Source: the human T2T-CHM13v2.0 reference genome, Homo sapiens. Taken from it: 64,000 bases of DNA. Below, piece after piece: positions 29,111 to 43,720 of the stretch (its first letter is position 1; each line of letters opens with the position of its first letter). The notes beneath the pieces are model-generated. The model was not told where the DNA came from and searched no databases. It saw only the letters and a list, made by a program, of their open reading frames with translations. The position numbers and the translations under genes were made by a program. The DNA lies in the NCBI RefSeq assembly GCF_009914755.1, contig NC_060935.1, one strand, 5' to 3'.

Positions 29111-29149
29111 GACTCACTGGTTGTGGGGGCAAAGGATCCCAGCCTTTTC

Positions 29150-30142
29150 AGTTGTTTGTTGACAGTGCCAGCAGAGAAGAGATTTTATTATGTGGCAGTT
29201 AAGGGGCTACTTTTTGGGCCGCACCTGAACAGGGAGGGTGTACCTGTTGGGGGCAGTCCATTTTCCAGTGTTCCCATTGACCACATGTCAGGCATGGCTT
29301 AGTGGGGCAGGGGTGGGGATGGGGGGTGGGGAAGGCTTGGGCACGTCTTTGCCCAGTGTCCAGGATTGCCACAACAGAAGCCAACTCTTGGGGTATTGGG
29401 AGGATTCCCTTTTGAGTGTCCAGGGGGGTTTTGAACAGCAGAGGCAAGCATTTGGTATTTTAAGTGAAGATGCTTTTTACATTTTGTTTTCCTTTTTTTT
29501 TTATTGTAGAAGACATGAAAGGCGGCACTCAGGGGTTTCCACTGAGGAGTTTGGGGGCCCTTTTTTAGGCTTTGGAGTTTTCTTTGAATACTGGGGGCAG
29601 ACTGGGAGATGAACTGGAGATGGAGGAAGGTTTGACCTTCCCTAGATTCTGGGTTTAGTTTAGTATAGTTTAGCATAGCCTCTGTGAGGTGAGGGAAAAG
29701 AAAAAAAGAGGACAGGGTTTTTTAATAATTTATGGTTGCTCCCTCCCGGAGAGGGAGAATAGCAAGAGCAGTCTCTGGACAGTTAAGCCGGGGAGAAGGA
29801 AGGAGGGAAGGAAGGTTGAGCGGGTGGGGCTGACAGGGAAAGAGACCCAGGCTGTATGGGAGCAGGTTGGGGGACATGCCGGGGTAGGTTGAGGACTGAG
29901 AGAGGTGTGAGCGAATGTAAAAGTAGGCTTGAAGATAGGGGACTTTTTGCCTTTTGCCGTTCCAGTTGAGGAAATTTTCTAGGTTCCTAAGAACTTGGAA
30001 ATTGAAAGCGCCGTTCTCACACCAAAGGCCAGTGTTATTTAATTTGTACTGGGGCCAAGCTGTATTGCAGTAGACAAGTAAGGGTTAGGCTTTGATAATC
30101 GAGATGAGAGGAGGGAGGAATTTGAGATTGCTTGGACCCCAT
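29150..30142 (-). pseudogene. gag, decayed, with internal deletion of the CA N-terminal part
   Basis: ATG at 30142 gives MGSKQSQIP; MA motif YCNTAWPQYKL; CA C-terminus FISQSAPSIQRKLQ; two zinc knuckles (CGNPGHWAKTC; CLTCGQWEHWKMDC). Confidence 0.9.
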
Positions 30143-30464
30143 TGAGAACTAGCAAGGAAAGGCCGGAGGTGTCTGCGGTTAGACTAGGCATCCGCAGATA
30201 AAGGGCAGAGACCAGAGATTTTCTCCCAGAGAAGAGGCAGATTGCAGGGAGACGTCAGGTGTCCCTGAACGTTCACCTCCTAAGGTCCCTGATGGTTCCT
30301 CAGGGACCAGGACTGCAGACCTGACTTTCCTGGGTACCACAGGAAGGACATGTGGGGGGCAAATTTTACCAGTTTTTCGAATTAATGTCCGGTGTTGGAT
30401 GCTTTAGAGGGAACCGACAAAGGACCTCTCAGACTTGAGCCACGGGGGAGAAATAGAAAGCGAA

Positions 30465-30763
30465 GGCCGGGCGCGGTGGCTCACGCCTGTAATCCCAGCA
30501 CTTTGGGAGGCCAAGGCGGGCGGATCATGAGGTCAAGAGATCGAGATCACCCTGGCTAACACAGTGAAACCCCGTCTCTACTAAAAACACAAAAAATTAG
30601 CCGGGCGTGGTGTCGGGCGCCTGTAGTCCCAGCTACTCAGGAGGCTGAGGCAGGAGAATGGCGTGAACCTGGGAGGCAGAGCTTGCAGTGAGCCTAGATC
30701 GCGCCACTGCACTCCAGCCTGGGGAACAGAGCGGGACTCCGTCTCAAAAAAAAAAAGAAAGAA
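30465..30763 (+). mobile_element. AluY in the proviral leader
   Basis: Y diagnostics (ctggctaacac, gaatggcgtgaacc, gagcttgcagtg), CpG-rich; TSD agaaagcgaa at 30455-30464 and 30764-30773. Confidence 0.95.
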
Positions 30764-31032
30764 AGAAAGCGAATTACCCAGATTGGGTGGTTGGTGGCAA
30801 AATTCTGGGTCCGGGGATTTTGAAAACCCATCGGGGAGTATCCCTGGCCAGAACCTTGCAGTCCTCTCCGGTCAGTCAGTTAACACACGCAATTCGCTTA
30901 CGGAAAAGAGAGGAAGGGTTGAAGGAGGGAACAGGAAGCCAGAGAACCCTCAGGATCCAGGAGTTAGCCCGGGACCAGCTGCCGCTGCCCATTGCTTCCT
31001 CGGTTGCAAGAGAGTTCCCTGCCCCAACACCT

Positions 31033-31050
31033 ATCCCAGGTTTTGACACA
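31033..31050 (-). promoter_or_regulatory. Primer binding site, tRNA-Phe type
   Basis: TTGTGTCAAAACCTGGGA directly after the 5' LTR; 14/18 match to TGGTGCCGAAACCCGGGA, two mismatches being CpG decay. Confidence 0.8.
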
Positions 31051-31051
31051 A

Positions 31052-31689
<638 letters not shown>

Positions 31690-31694
31690 GATAC

Positions 31695-32818
31695 TATAAA
31701 CAAAAAATTACATTCTAAGCCCCCGGCTTAATGGACTTTTCCTCTCAGCTAAGAACACTCTAAAGCAAACCTGAAACACTAGTTCAGGCCATGATGAGAA
31801 TGGACAGTTGGTCAGACTTGCCTCATTATACCTTCCTCTCTTTGTAAATTCAGGCACAACTGACCAGCATTAAGAGGGACCTAAAGATTGACAAAACAGC
31901 CTCCTTTTAGCAGTAAGATACCAATATAACATTTAACAGGCCCTGAAAGAAATCAAAGTATTTTACCCCGAAGTATATTTCTTTGCCATATTTTGAAATC
32001 ACCCCATAAAGCTGCCCTTATGGGTAACATATATATTCTGTAGAGAATCCCCTTTCCTTTTCAGGTGTTTTTCCTGATCCAGGAGAGAATTATCTAAGAG
32101 TCTGACACTCTTTTAAGTCTAAGAAGCATTCACAATGGATTCTCTCTGAAGCCTGCTACCTGGGGGGTTCATCTGCATAATAATAAAAATTTTGGTCTCC
32201 ACAACATTTTATCTTAACCCAGACACTCCGTTCTGTGGATTCCAGGTCTTTAGATAAATTCTTTCAACCATCTGCCAATCAGAAAATGTTTGAAACCACC
32301 CATGACTTGGAAGCCCCTGCTAAGAGTTGTCCTGTCTTTCTGGACCAAACCAATGTACATCTTACATGTATTGATTGACTGATTGACGTCTTGGTCTCCT
32401 TAAAATGACAGAAAACCAAACACCGCGTGTTCTCACTCATAGGCGGGAATTGAACAATGAGATCACTTGGACACAGGGCAGGAACATCACACACAGTGGC
32501 CTGTTGCAGGGTGGGGGATGGGGGAGGGATAGCATTAGGAGAAATACCTAATGTAAATGATGATTTTATGGGTGCAGCAAACCAACATGGCACATGTATA
32601 CCTATGTATCAAACCTGCACGTTGTGCACATGTACCCTAGAATTTAAAGCATAATTAAAAAAAAAAAGTATGAAATCATACTGGAATGCTGTAGCCTGAG
32701 CACCCTGGGCACATGTTGTCAGGACCTACTGAGACTGTTTCACGGGCATGTGCTTAACCTGGGCAAAGTCAGCTTCTAAATTGACTGAAACTTGTCGCAG
32801 ATACATTTGGATTTACCA
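31695..32818 (+). mobile_element. MER4-group (MER4B/D-like) solo LTR with nested L1PA 3' end
   Basis: ctagttcaggccatgatg, ggaccaaaccaatgtacatcttacatgtattgattga, gggcacatgttgtcaggacc. Confidence 0.85.
32407..32667 (+). mobile_element. L1PA6/7-like 3' end with poly(A)
   Basis: gttctcactcataggcgggaattgaacaatgag...gtgcacatgtaccctagaa, A tail. Confidence 0.92.
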
Positions 32819-32936
32819 CACCATGGTGCATTTCAGAAACAGAAAGACATGCTGGTGTGTTTGTAGCGGAGCTAGAAGACTTGAGTCTGGAAAGAAGTAG
32901 CCAGATCCCATGGCTTGAAGGCTTTACAAGCCATGG

Positions 32937-33711
32937 TGATATGGACAGGAAGCAGGGAAGTGCTGGGTAGAGAAAAGCAGGGTACCTGGCGAGGGCTCCA
33001 CCCTCGGGCCTATGCCCATGGACCTAAGCAAGAACTGGCACTCGTGTTTTCATGCCCAGATGTTGTATTTTCCAAGACCACTCTGACCTACCACACCTAC
33101 CATTCTGTGCCCATAAAAACCCGAGACCTTACCAAGCACAGACACAAGTGGTTGAATATCGAGAGGAGCAGAGGAACAGAGTGGCATAGAGCAGTGGAGA
33201 GCAGTGCGCTGGCATGGTAGAGAAGGAGGGAAGAAGCAACTGAACATTGGCTGAGAACAGCCAGATTCCAGGGGAAGAACACCTTCCCACTCCATTCCCC
33301 ATCTCTGGTTCCCCATCCATGTCTCTGAGAGCCACCTCCACCACTCAATAAAACCTTGCACTCATCCTCCAAGCCCACCTGTATTCCGATTCTTCTGGTT
33401 CACTGGGCAAGAACCCAGGCTGTCACACTGGCCCCCTGTCCTTGCAATAAGGCAGAGCATCTATTGAGCTGATTAACGCCAGCCATCTGCAGATGGCAAA
33501 GCTGAAAGAGCACACTGTAACACACGCCCACTTGGGCTTCAGGAGTAGTCCTAGATACTGCTGTGGGGTCGGAGCCCAAAAGCTCTCTCCAGGGCCTCAG
33601 CACCTGCCCATCTTCATGCTTCCCCTAGGGGTTTAGGCAGTGGGGCACCTAAGGAGCAAGCCATATCCCTGTCACACACCCTGCGAGGGGGACGGGAACT
33701 CTCCCGTTTCA
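32937..33711 (+). mobile_element. LTR1/LTR27/MER52-group ERV1 solo LTR
   Basis: tgatatggacagg...ggaactctcccgtttca; AATAAA near 33347; perfect 4-bp TSD atgg. Confidence 0.88.
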
Positions 33712-34117
33712 ATGGTAAGCATGGTCCCCAGTGATAGAAGGATACTTTCAGTGCTAATCACAAGAATGAATTGTCTTTCCACATATCACAAAAAGATTAT
33801 TAAAAATTATTGTATTGAGTAATTTGCCCTACCTAATTAAATTTTCTATTGTCCTTGCTTCGCTATGTTTAACCTGAAACTTAAGCCAAAATATACAGTT
33901 TATTGGAAAATCTTGATCCTAGGAGCATGTTTAAATTTTTAATTAAAACATTATTGACTGCCTGCTGTATGAAAAATTCTGTGCATGTTACTAAAGATAC
34001 ACAGATAAAAGATAATTTGACAAGGCGCAAATTCTAGAAAGTTACATCAGCTCATAAACAATTCTTCTAAAGAGTCAACTGAGTTAGTGGGGTGGAAAGG
34101 GAAGAAAGTAATCACAG

Positions 34118-34664
34118 TGTCAGAGACATGTGAACTAGAGCAACTCCATCTTGAATAGAAGCTGGGTAAAATGAGGCTGAGACCTACTGGGCTGCATTCC
34201 CAGATGGTTAAGGCATTCTGAGTCATAGGATAAGATAGGAGGTCAGCACAAGATACAGATCATAAAGACCTCGCTGATAAAACAGGTTGCAGTAAAGAAG
34301 CCAGCTAAAGCCCCCAAAACCAAGACGGCGATGACCTCTGGTCATTCTCACTGCTACACTCTGACCAACGCCAGGACAGTTTCCAAATGCCGTGGCAATG
34401 TCAGGAAGTTACCCTATATGGTCTAAAAAGGAGAGGCATACATAATCCACCCCTTGTTTAGCATATCATCAAGAAATAACCATAAAAATGTGCAACCAGC
34501 AGCCCTGAGGGTTGCTCTGTCAATGGAGTAGCCATTCTTTTATTCCCTTACTTTCTTAATAAACTTGCTTTCAGTTTACTCTACAGACTCACCGTGAATT
34601 CTTTCTTGTGCAAGATCCAAGAACCCTCTCTTGGGGTCTGGATCTCGACCCCTTTCCTGTAACA
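34118..34664 (+). mobile_element. MER41A solo LTR
   Basis: tgtcagag...tttcctgtaaca; perfect TSD acag; lacks the tandem GAS segment of MER41B. Confidence 0.9.
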
Positions 34665-34965
34665 ACAGTGTTTAGAATTTTTGGAGTCTCAATTTTGAAT
34701 ACTGGTTTAATAGTGAAGAAAGGTCACTCTTAATTTCAATTAAGTCGACTATTTGATGGAAAGTCCTATATAAGCATTGACAATGAGCTCACAACCTGGG
34801 AAAAATTTAAGACTACAGGGAAAAATCACAGAGTTTGACATAGTGGTAAAAACATGGACATTGAAATCAGTCAGAAATGGGTTGAACTATTTAGTAATGT
34901 GCCAGGCATTCTCAGACACAAGTGAATGAAACACAGTTTTTGCTCTTGGGGATCTTACAGTCTAC

Positions 34966-35525
<560 letters not shown>

Positions 35526-37154
35526 GTGTAGGGAGTGATTGTGACAATAAATAAGTAATTATAGTATCAGGTGGAAATAAGATTTTTAAAGGAAAAAAAA
35601 ACAGTAGTGTTAGGGAATAAAGAGTATTGGGTATGTTTTAAATCATATGTCAGGGAAGGGACCTTGACAGAGGTGGCATTTCAACGAAGCCCTTGAATAA
35701 GTAAGGGAGCACTGCAGGTATTTGGTAGGAGACTTGCCTGGGCAGAGGGAAGAGTCCTTGCCTGGGCAGCACTTAACATTATTTGTTGAATAAAGTTAAT
35801 CTAAAATAACCCCAACTAGATGCATTAGCATTATCTACATGCTTAGAAAACTGCTTTCATCCTGGAGTAAAAATGCCCCGAAGAATAAAACACTATACAT
35901 TAAAGGCAAAGAAGATCTTAAAAAGAACTTAGTCCAACCACCTCAATTTGCCACTGAGAAAACTAGGTTATGAAAAACAAAACTATTGGCAGAACTGGGC
36001 TGGAACTAGAAATTAGGCCCTTTCAACCTCAGATTGTTTATTATTTTTCTGTGATCTCTGCTGGTGCATAAGAAAAGGTCTCAGGAGCTGTCTTGGCATA
36101 CTATCTAGTTTAGTACCAAGTACAGTGAGCTGCATGATATATGAACCTTGTTCAAAATGACATGACAATTTAGAATCTTTTTTATTTCTCCATGAAATAC
36201 CACATATATTTTATTGAGGGTCGAAAATCCCACTTTTACACAGTAAAAATGCTTTAAACTTAGGATCCCGACATGAACAGCATAAAAATATTTTTTAAAA
36301 TCTAGAAAAAATAGAATCTCATTTTTGAAAAAAATCCTTGTCTCCTTTCAAAAAAAAAAAAAAGGTTGTTCAATATGCTCCCATTAACTCTCTAGGAACA
36401 TTTAAGTTGACTAAGGCTGACCTTTTTGCTTATTTTTCAGTTTAAAAATGTGAATCATTTTGCCATTTTCTATTTCTTTAGTCTTTATTTGAATTTTGTG
36501 AATGTGCTGCAAAACATCTTTCCCCAACAGGGCTTTTAGAATCATTTGCCTCTGCTGGTGCTCCATTATTATTCCCTTGCTTCCCAACTACCACCTATGG
36601 GCTGGGAAGTTGGTGCTGACCCGGTATTGTGATTCAGGTATAATTCTTGCCTGCCATTCTTCTAGCTCTGCCCTTCTCAAAAAAGTCACTGTGTGTCTCT
36701 GCCCCCATAATGCTAAGCGATCTTGGCATTAATGGTAAGTATTTGTCTGCAGACAATCAATGTATTTTTTTGTTGATGGCAATCTAGCTCCTTTTACGAC
36801 AGTTTTTAAAACAAAAGTTTGTAAGTATTCTTGCAAGAAAAAAGGTGATAAATTATGGTAATTTATTTGGTTATTCTATAAAAAGGCAATTTTATTCATA
36901 ATGTAGTTCTAGTATAATACTTATAGTACCATCCTAAAATTTCAGTCCTACGGCAGGGAGAGGTGTTTTGTGTAGAAAGGAAAAAGCACATGGGCAAAAG
37001 GAGGAGAAATTGCAAAGAATGAGTTTGTCTTCTTCCTCATTCCTAGTTTTAGAGATGATAGGATAATTTTCAAAGCAGGGAAATTTATACGTTTACATCA
37101 ATTTTACTTCCTTCCTGGAAACCCTTCATTCAGAGGTCAAAGGTTTTAATGGCT

Positions 37155-37665
37155 GTAATAAATTAAAAGTGGGCCAGCCCAAATCTTTTTACACTCCTTG
37201 CATTATTAATAGGTGGGATGTAATTCTCTTCCCTCTAATCTGGGCAGGGATTGTCCAATGGAATAATGTATAAGTGATTGTTCTATTAATGCCATACTGA
37301 TTTTTAGACCTAGGTTTAAGAAACTTAGGCAGCATCCACTCCTTGTCCCTTGAATACTTACTCTTGGATCTCAGCTGCTCACTCCATGGCAGACTAACCA
37401 GCTCTGTGAAGCCTTTACAGAAAAGAACTAAGATGTCTGACAATCCTAGCCAAACTCTTAGGTGATAACCAGCACCAATTTGGCAGCCATAGGAGTGAAC
37501 TCATTTTGGAAAAAAACATCGTTTAGCTCCAGTCAAGCTGATGCAAAGATACCAGTGATTAAGTCCCCCTACCAACCCCCGCACAAATGACAGGTTAATA
37601 AGAAAAACAGATTATGTGTTTTTATGCCCAGAAGTTTTGGGTGGTACTTTATGCAACAGAACAGT
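37155..37665 (+). mobile_element. MLT1G/H-like MaLR LTR
   Basis: ggcagcatccactccttgtcccttgaatac...gctccagtcaagc...aagttttgggtggtactttatgcaaca. Confidence 0.6.
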
Positions 37666-40117
37666 ACTCTTTTGTAAGCATCTTCACACGAATCGGGCTT
37701 GCTATTTCTATAAGAGTGTTTTATACATACCTGCACTAAATGAGTGCCCTCTCAACAAAGCCACCTCCCAAGAACTTCCCCAGATCAATGTTCACCTTCT
37801 TTTAGAGCAGATGGGCTAATTATTTGTTAGAAGGAAGCAATTTGATTGAAGTAATTCTCAACAAGGCTTGACTGATTAATGTGTATTTAAGCCACTCAGG
37901 AAGATTTAATTGGCAACATGTCAACCAATATAATAAAATAAATTGAAAAAATAGTACACAGTATAGGGAAAGTTATTGTCAGATGGTGGCCATAGTTTAC
38001 AGAATACAAATTATGCAGACTGTCATTATGTAATAGTTTGGGCCTCTGAATTGAGTAGGTTAAATCAAGGATATGCAACTTGTGTTAGTTACTAGAAAAG
38101 GGGCACCTTATAGTGTATTGTGTTGTATTGTAAAATAATCCCTTGTTTACCTCTGTGCCTAGGTTGACTATTCCTTTATGGTAGGAGTGAAATCTACTGC
38201 CTCCATGTATGTTCCACCATACCTAGTACAGTGTATTTTGTATATTGTAGGTATTCAATAAGTGTTTGTTTATAATATAATATAATAAGAAACACACCTG
38301 TATACATATTTACCATTTGTTTGGATGTCAAAGTGTACACAGACTTTACAAGATATTAACATAATATAATCAAATTGATATTATATCTTGCTTTTTTCTT
38401 TATTGCACTGGCTAAAATGTCTAATGCAATGTTGAACATATTGATTAGTTATAGTTCCATTACATTCATTGAATGACCCCAGACTAGTAATATTGTACCA
38501 TTCTTTTTATTTATTTCCTGAGTCACTTTTCTCATATTTCAGTCAAGGTTTTTGCATTTATATTCATGAGATTGGCCTGTGATATTTTTAACTGTAATTT
38601 TTAAGTCAGGTATTGTTATCAAGTTTAGGCTATCCTCATAAACAAATTAAGAAGGGGTCTGTCTTCTTATAATTTCTGAGATAATAAATATATGCTAGCA
38701 GTCATCATAAAAGTCATTTGGGATTACATTTTCCTTTGTAGGAAAGATTTTTAAAATGAATTTAATTTCTTAGGTAGTTATGGGACTATTCATTATAACC
38801 ACTGGAAAGAAAAAACATATTCACAGATGATATATTTGTAGAAACTTCAAAGATAAACTATTCATTGATATTAGAAATAATAATTTGGTTTAATAGCTTG
38901 CTGTATACAAGCTAAATTCAAAGAACATATGTAAGAAAAAATAAAGTGAAAATTTAACAATAAAAGATACTATTTCAAATAGCATCACAAATATGAAATC
39001 CCAAGTCATTAATGCAGCATATATTTTATGGCCACTCATGGAAAAATTATATTTTTAAAAAATTTATAGAGGATGTTAATAATTAGATGTATTTTGAAAA
39101 AAAATTGTAATGATCCATACTAAAAAGATGCCAATTCTCCTAAAATTGCCTATACATTTAAGGCAATTACAATAAAAGTTCCAGCAATTTTATTTGTTTC
39201 TGACCACAAGTTAATTCTAAGTTTATAGCAATTTGTAAAGGGTCAAGAATAGCTATCATAAGAATAAATCAATAAACAACAGAACAACATTGGTAGTGCA
39301 GAAAAAGATCTTAATTTAGACGGATATGTGATTTATGACAAAAGTAGAAGTTGATATTCATCTTTTAAAAAATATAAAACTTGGCCTCTACTTCAAACTG
39401 TTTCCAAAAGTTAATTCCAAATAATTAATAGACATTTATGTGAAAGAAAAAAGAGCAAAGCTTTTAGAAAATGATCTGAGACTATTTTTAGTGAGACAGG
39501 TTTAACCATGTTGGCCAGGATTAACATAAGCTTGAGGTAGGTAGGGAAATTTTTACAAAGGGAACACATAAAGCACTTCTTATAAATGTAATTTAATGAA
39601 TTAGAATACATTAAAATTAAAAATTCTCTGTAAATTCAAACTAAGAGTTAAATGGTAATCCGTGAAGTAGACAAAATAATTCTAACACAATAATTAACAA
39701 AGGGCCTGTATCCTAAATATAGAAAAGTGTCTAAAAATCAGTACAGAAAATACAGAAAATCCAATAACATGTCAATGGAACAGACATGTTACAAAACAGC
39801 ATATCTACATGGCAAGTAAATATGTGAAGAGATAATCTCATTGGTAATCAAAAGAATGTTGATTAAAATTGTAATAGAATGTCATTAAAAACCAGTAAAT
39901 GAATAAAAGTAAATAGACAAACAATATGGAGAGGCAAGAGGTGGAGCAGCCAGAATCCTTATGCTCTGCTGCTCCAAGGTAGAACTGGCACAGTGACTTT
40001 CAAAAACGTTTTAACCAGTATTTACTAAAGCTGAAGGTGTATGAGCTTCATTATGATTCAGCAATTCTACTTCTGGGTATACACCCAGCAAAAACAACTG
40101 ATGATACATAGATGATG

Positions 40118-40165
<48 letters not shown>
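40118..40165 (+). repeat. (GATA)12 microsatellite
   Basis: Perfect tetranucleotide run. Confidence 0.97.
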
Positions 40166-40166
<1 letters not shown>

Positions 40167-40292
40167 GGAAGTTGGCATTATCTTTTAAAATCACAGTTAT
40201 ATATACCCTTTGACACAGAAATTTTATCTCTAGTCATTCCAAAGTTTTACTAGTATGTATGTGAAAGGATTATCCACTGCTGTATTACTAAA

Positions 40293-42620
40293 CAGGTTCA
40301 AAATCCCTTATCTGAACCTTTGGAATAAATGTGTTATCAAATAGAGATTTTGTGTTTATTTTTAGGAGGATACCACCATGCGTATGTCATCTACTACATT
40401 ATACCCTCAGTAGGATTCAGAGCACAACCCCATATCTAAATCACTGCCACTTCTGCAGTGAAATGTGTGTATATTCACACTAAGTAGAATAAACAAAAAT
40501 ATAAATACTATTACTGTCTACATATGGTTTTTTTAATGGTAGTCACTGATTTTTGAAACAATGCCATAAACATAGGCCAGTGGTGTGCAAACATGAGCAT
40601 ACATCAGGGTCACCCCAAGCCTTGTGAAAAGACAATTGCTAGGTCTTCACTTCAGATTGCATGATTCAGTAGGTGTGGGGTAGGACCTTGTGATTTGCCT
40701 TTTTTATGAAGTTTTTGAAGTTTTTATGAAGTTTATGAAGTTTTTTTGCCTTTTGCTGATGCTATTGGTTCTAGGGGTCACATTTTGAAAATGTCAATAT
40801 TGAGGATAAACATTCTCTGCTTTTTCTATGAATAATATTTAATAAAACTTTAAGCTAAACTTAAAGCCTGTACATTTACATACACTGAATTTTTGCTATA
40901 CTAGCATGCCTTGGAAAAGGGGACACATCAGTGTGATCATTGTAATTGGAGTGAAGTTACATGTCTAAGGGTAGATGTGGAGCAAGTTTCTCAAATGACA
41001 AAACCATACCACAGCATTATTAAACCTCATTATAGATGGCTTTATTTAAAATTTCTGGTGTCTTCTGTCTCATTACCATGGGTTTATAATAAGTTGTAGT
41101 CTTTGGCTCACAGAAAAATGCATGTTATTTAAGGACAGAACTTAATTGATCAGACATTTTCTCCCCATATTCCATGAAACATTTAAACATTCACACAATT
41201 TCTGCATTATTTACATAATACACAAGTGCTTTTTAACATTTTTAACACAATTAACATTTTAACACAATTTTAACACACTTAAACATTTAAACAGTCACAT
41301 AATTTCTGCATTATTTACATAATACACAAGTGCTTTTTAAAAATCTAACTTTTCCACACTCTTGGGTGATTAAATTTAGTTTGAGTGATGAGGTCTGATA
41401 TTAATTCTTATAGTTATGCAGAAGTATCATTTAAAGTCTTCACCAGCAGGGTTTTTCAAACATCATTGCTAGTTTGACGGCTATGCCAAGTATTTGTTAA
41501 TATTGATTTATCAAAATAATTCCAAGCATTTGAGACAATATGTCCTACAAACTGAATGCTTTTAGAATATTTGGATTCTTCAACCTCTGTTAATTACTGC
41601 ATGCTTACATTTTAAAATGTGTTTATGCTTGGTCTTCATGAGTGTAATGATCATGTTACAAATGTCATATTGAGGGGAAAATACTCATCCATGAATAATA
41701 ACATATTAAAGTTATTTTTCCTAGTCATACTAATCTGCAGTGGGTTCACATAGCTGTTTCAGTATTATTTTTGAGGCAATAAGAAAACATATCTCTAGTT
41801 ATCCTTGTTCCATACCCAAGAAGAGTCAACATTATTTATTGGTATTATCTGTTGTTCTCTCCTCAGTATCATTAAGTTGTTTCTAGGAATGTAGCACAGT
41901 GCCAAACTTTTTATCAACATTGTAAATTTGCACAAAACTGCATTTTTCATTATTATTTTAAGAAGTTTGTCAAAATACCTTATTTGCCATAGTTTTTTTA
42001 GATGTGTTTCACCATGGTGCTTCTTAACACCTTGGAGTCAACCTCCTAAAGATCCACATTCACCTTTCATTGTCTCTTCGTGGTCTCTTCTGGCTCATTT
42101 AATGGCCAGAAAATTTGTTGGTACATTAGTTTTACTTCTGATTGTTTTATTACTATAATCAACACATGGTCATGACCTTTATTTTTCATGCCATATGTTG
42201 TGTTTTTCTGTTTCTTTAGTTCTTGCTCATCACAGCTGCAAAGTGAATACAAACATGCTGACCAATATATTACTATCACAGAGTAGCATTTTCTGATGTT
42301 CTGACTTTCTGCTTCTGATTTTCACTGTCACCAGAGTAGTAGCTTTAGACATAAAAATATTTTCATAGTTTAATTAAAACCAAGGTCAAAATATGAAGTG
42401 TAAAAGAATGCCAAATGCAGTAAAATATTATTAAAAATGCAATAGTATATCAGCAAACAGAAAGGGCACCTGTGACTGTTGGAAGCACACATATAAAAAT
42501 TGTGACTCTGTGCAGATTAGATTTTTTTAGTCAAATTAATGTTGGCATAAAAATTGTCTTTAAAAATATTTTCAGAGATTATCAGATTTTGAAATTATAA
42601 ATGCAGAATATGAACCCACA
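40293..42620 (-). mobile_element. TcMar-Tigger fossil (Tigger12/MER46C-like ends) with transposase remnants
   Basis: Left end caggttcaaaatcccttatc; degenerate inverted right end; minus-strand peptide at 42067-42279 resembles the Tigger/CENP-B HTH region. Confidence 0.6.
40578..40792. mobile_element. MER5A-like MITE nested in the Tigger
   Basis: cagtggtgtgcaaac...tgattcagtaggtgtggggtagg...cacattttgaaaa. Confidence 0.75.
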
Positions 42621-43449
42621 TAAACAAAATATTAGTAAAAATTAAATATTCATCATTAGAGTCTTGATTAAATGAATCGTGGAACATGTTCTATGGTGTA
42701 ATACTATGTAGCTCTCAAAAAGAATGAGAAAACTATATTTTCATATCAAAATATCCCTAAGATTTATTAAGTGTGACTAGCAAGATGCTAAATAATATTT
42801 GTAGTCTGTCTCTATTTCTGTAGAGAAGGGAAATAATTATAAGAAAACAGAAAGTGATGTATGAGAGAGGGTGGAAGAGAAGCTTTTCACTGTATGGTTT
42901 TAATTTGGTAGTTTTGCGACTTAACTATGTACAGCTTTACATAATGCTGCTAATTCTACTTAGGCAATTAAACACTTGGAAAATTAAAAGATAATTTTGT
43001 TAGGGAAACTACAGGAAGAAGAAGTATGAGTCCCGATGTGCTGTGTGGCACCAAATCTGCTTTGTGACACAAACCTAAAATTTAGCCACTGTAGCCATCC
43101 AATTTAGGGGAAGCCTCCACTAACAAATAAACCAATAACCATTGCCTTCTGGCATAGGTTAATTCCAGTGCTTTATTAGAACATCATCATTGCCATTTAC
43201 AGCAGAAGACTAACAGAATACCTTTGTTTTATCAGTGGGGAAGTGGGAGAAAGGAGAATCTAGGATGGAATATGGCTTTCATGTAACTGAGATTTTGTAA
43301 GTTTGAGCACTTCCACTTCTAAGGTGCATAGGCTTTAGGCTCTTATTCCCAAAAGTACATGGCAGACACAGACATTCTCCCAATGTCCTAGTAGTGTCAG
43401 GAGCTGAGTTGCAATTAGGATGAATCATTTAAACTATTCTGTTGTTAGT

Positions 43450-43720
43450 TGTTAGACTGGTAGGTCAAAGAAAGTTCATTGACAGAGTTTAGCTAGCATT
43501 TTCAAAGGATTTGACAGTGTCTCCAGTGGTGGCCTGCTGAATGTGATTGAAATATGTGAGCTCTATAGCACTACATTTAGGTAGATCTATAACTATTTAA
43601 ATATTTCTAGGAAATAATTGATTAATGGATCCTTGTTGAAAAGAAAGAAGGCTACTGGTGCGTTATACATTCTATTAGCCCTGCTGTTTAACTTTTAAAC
43701 TTTGACTTATCTGTTTATTT
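43450..43720 (+). mobile_element. Probable L3/CR1 fragment
   Basis: tttcaaaggatttgacagtgtctcc (F-KAFD-V-like), tattagccctgctgtttaac. Confidence 0.45.

Larger units (their letters stand above)
38385..42900 (+). mobile_element. Old L1ME-like element: inverted 5' part (38385-38795), sense ORF2/3' part (38800-40290, 42625-42900), interrupted by (GATA)n and a Tigger
   Basis: tattcacagatgatat (FADD), aattctcctaaaattgcctatacatttaaggcaatt, ttcagcaattctacttctgggtatacaccca. Confidence 0.7.
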
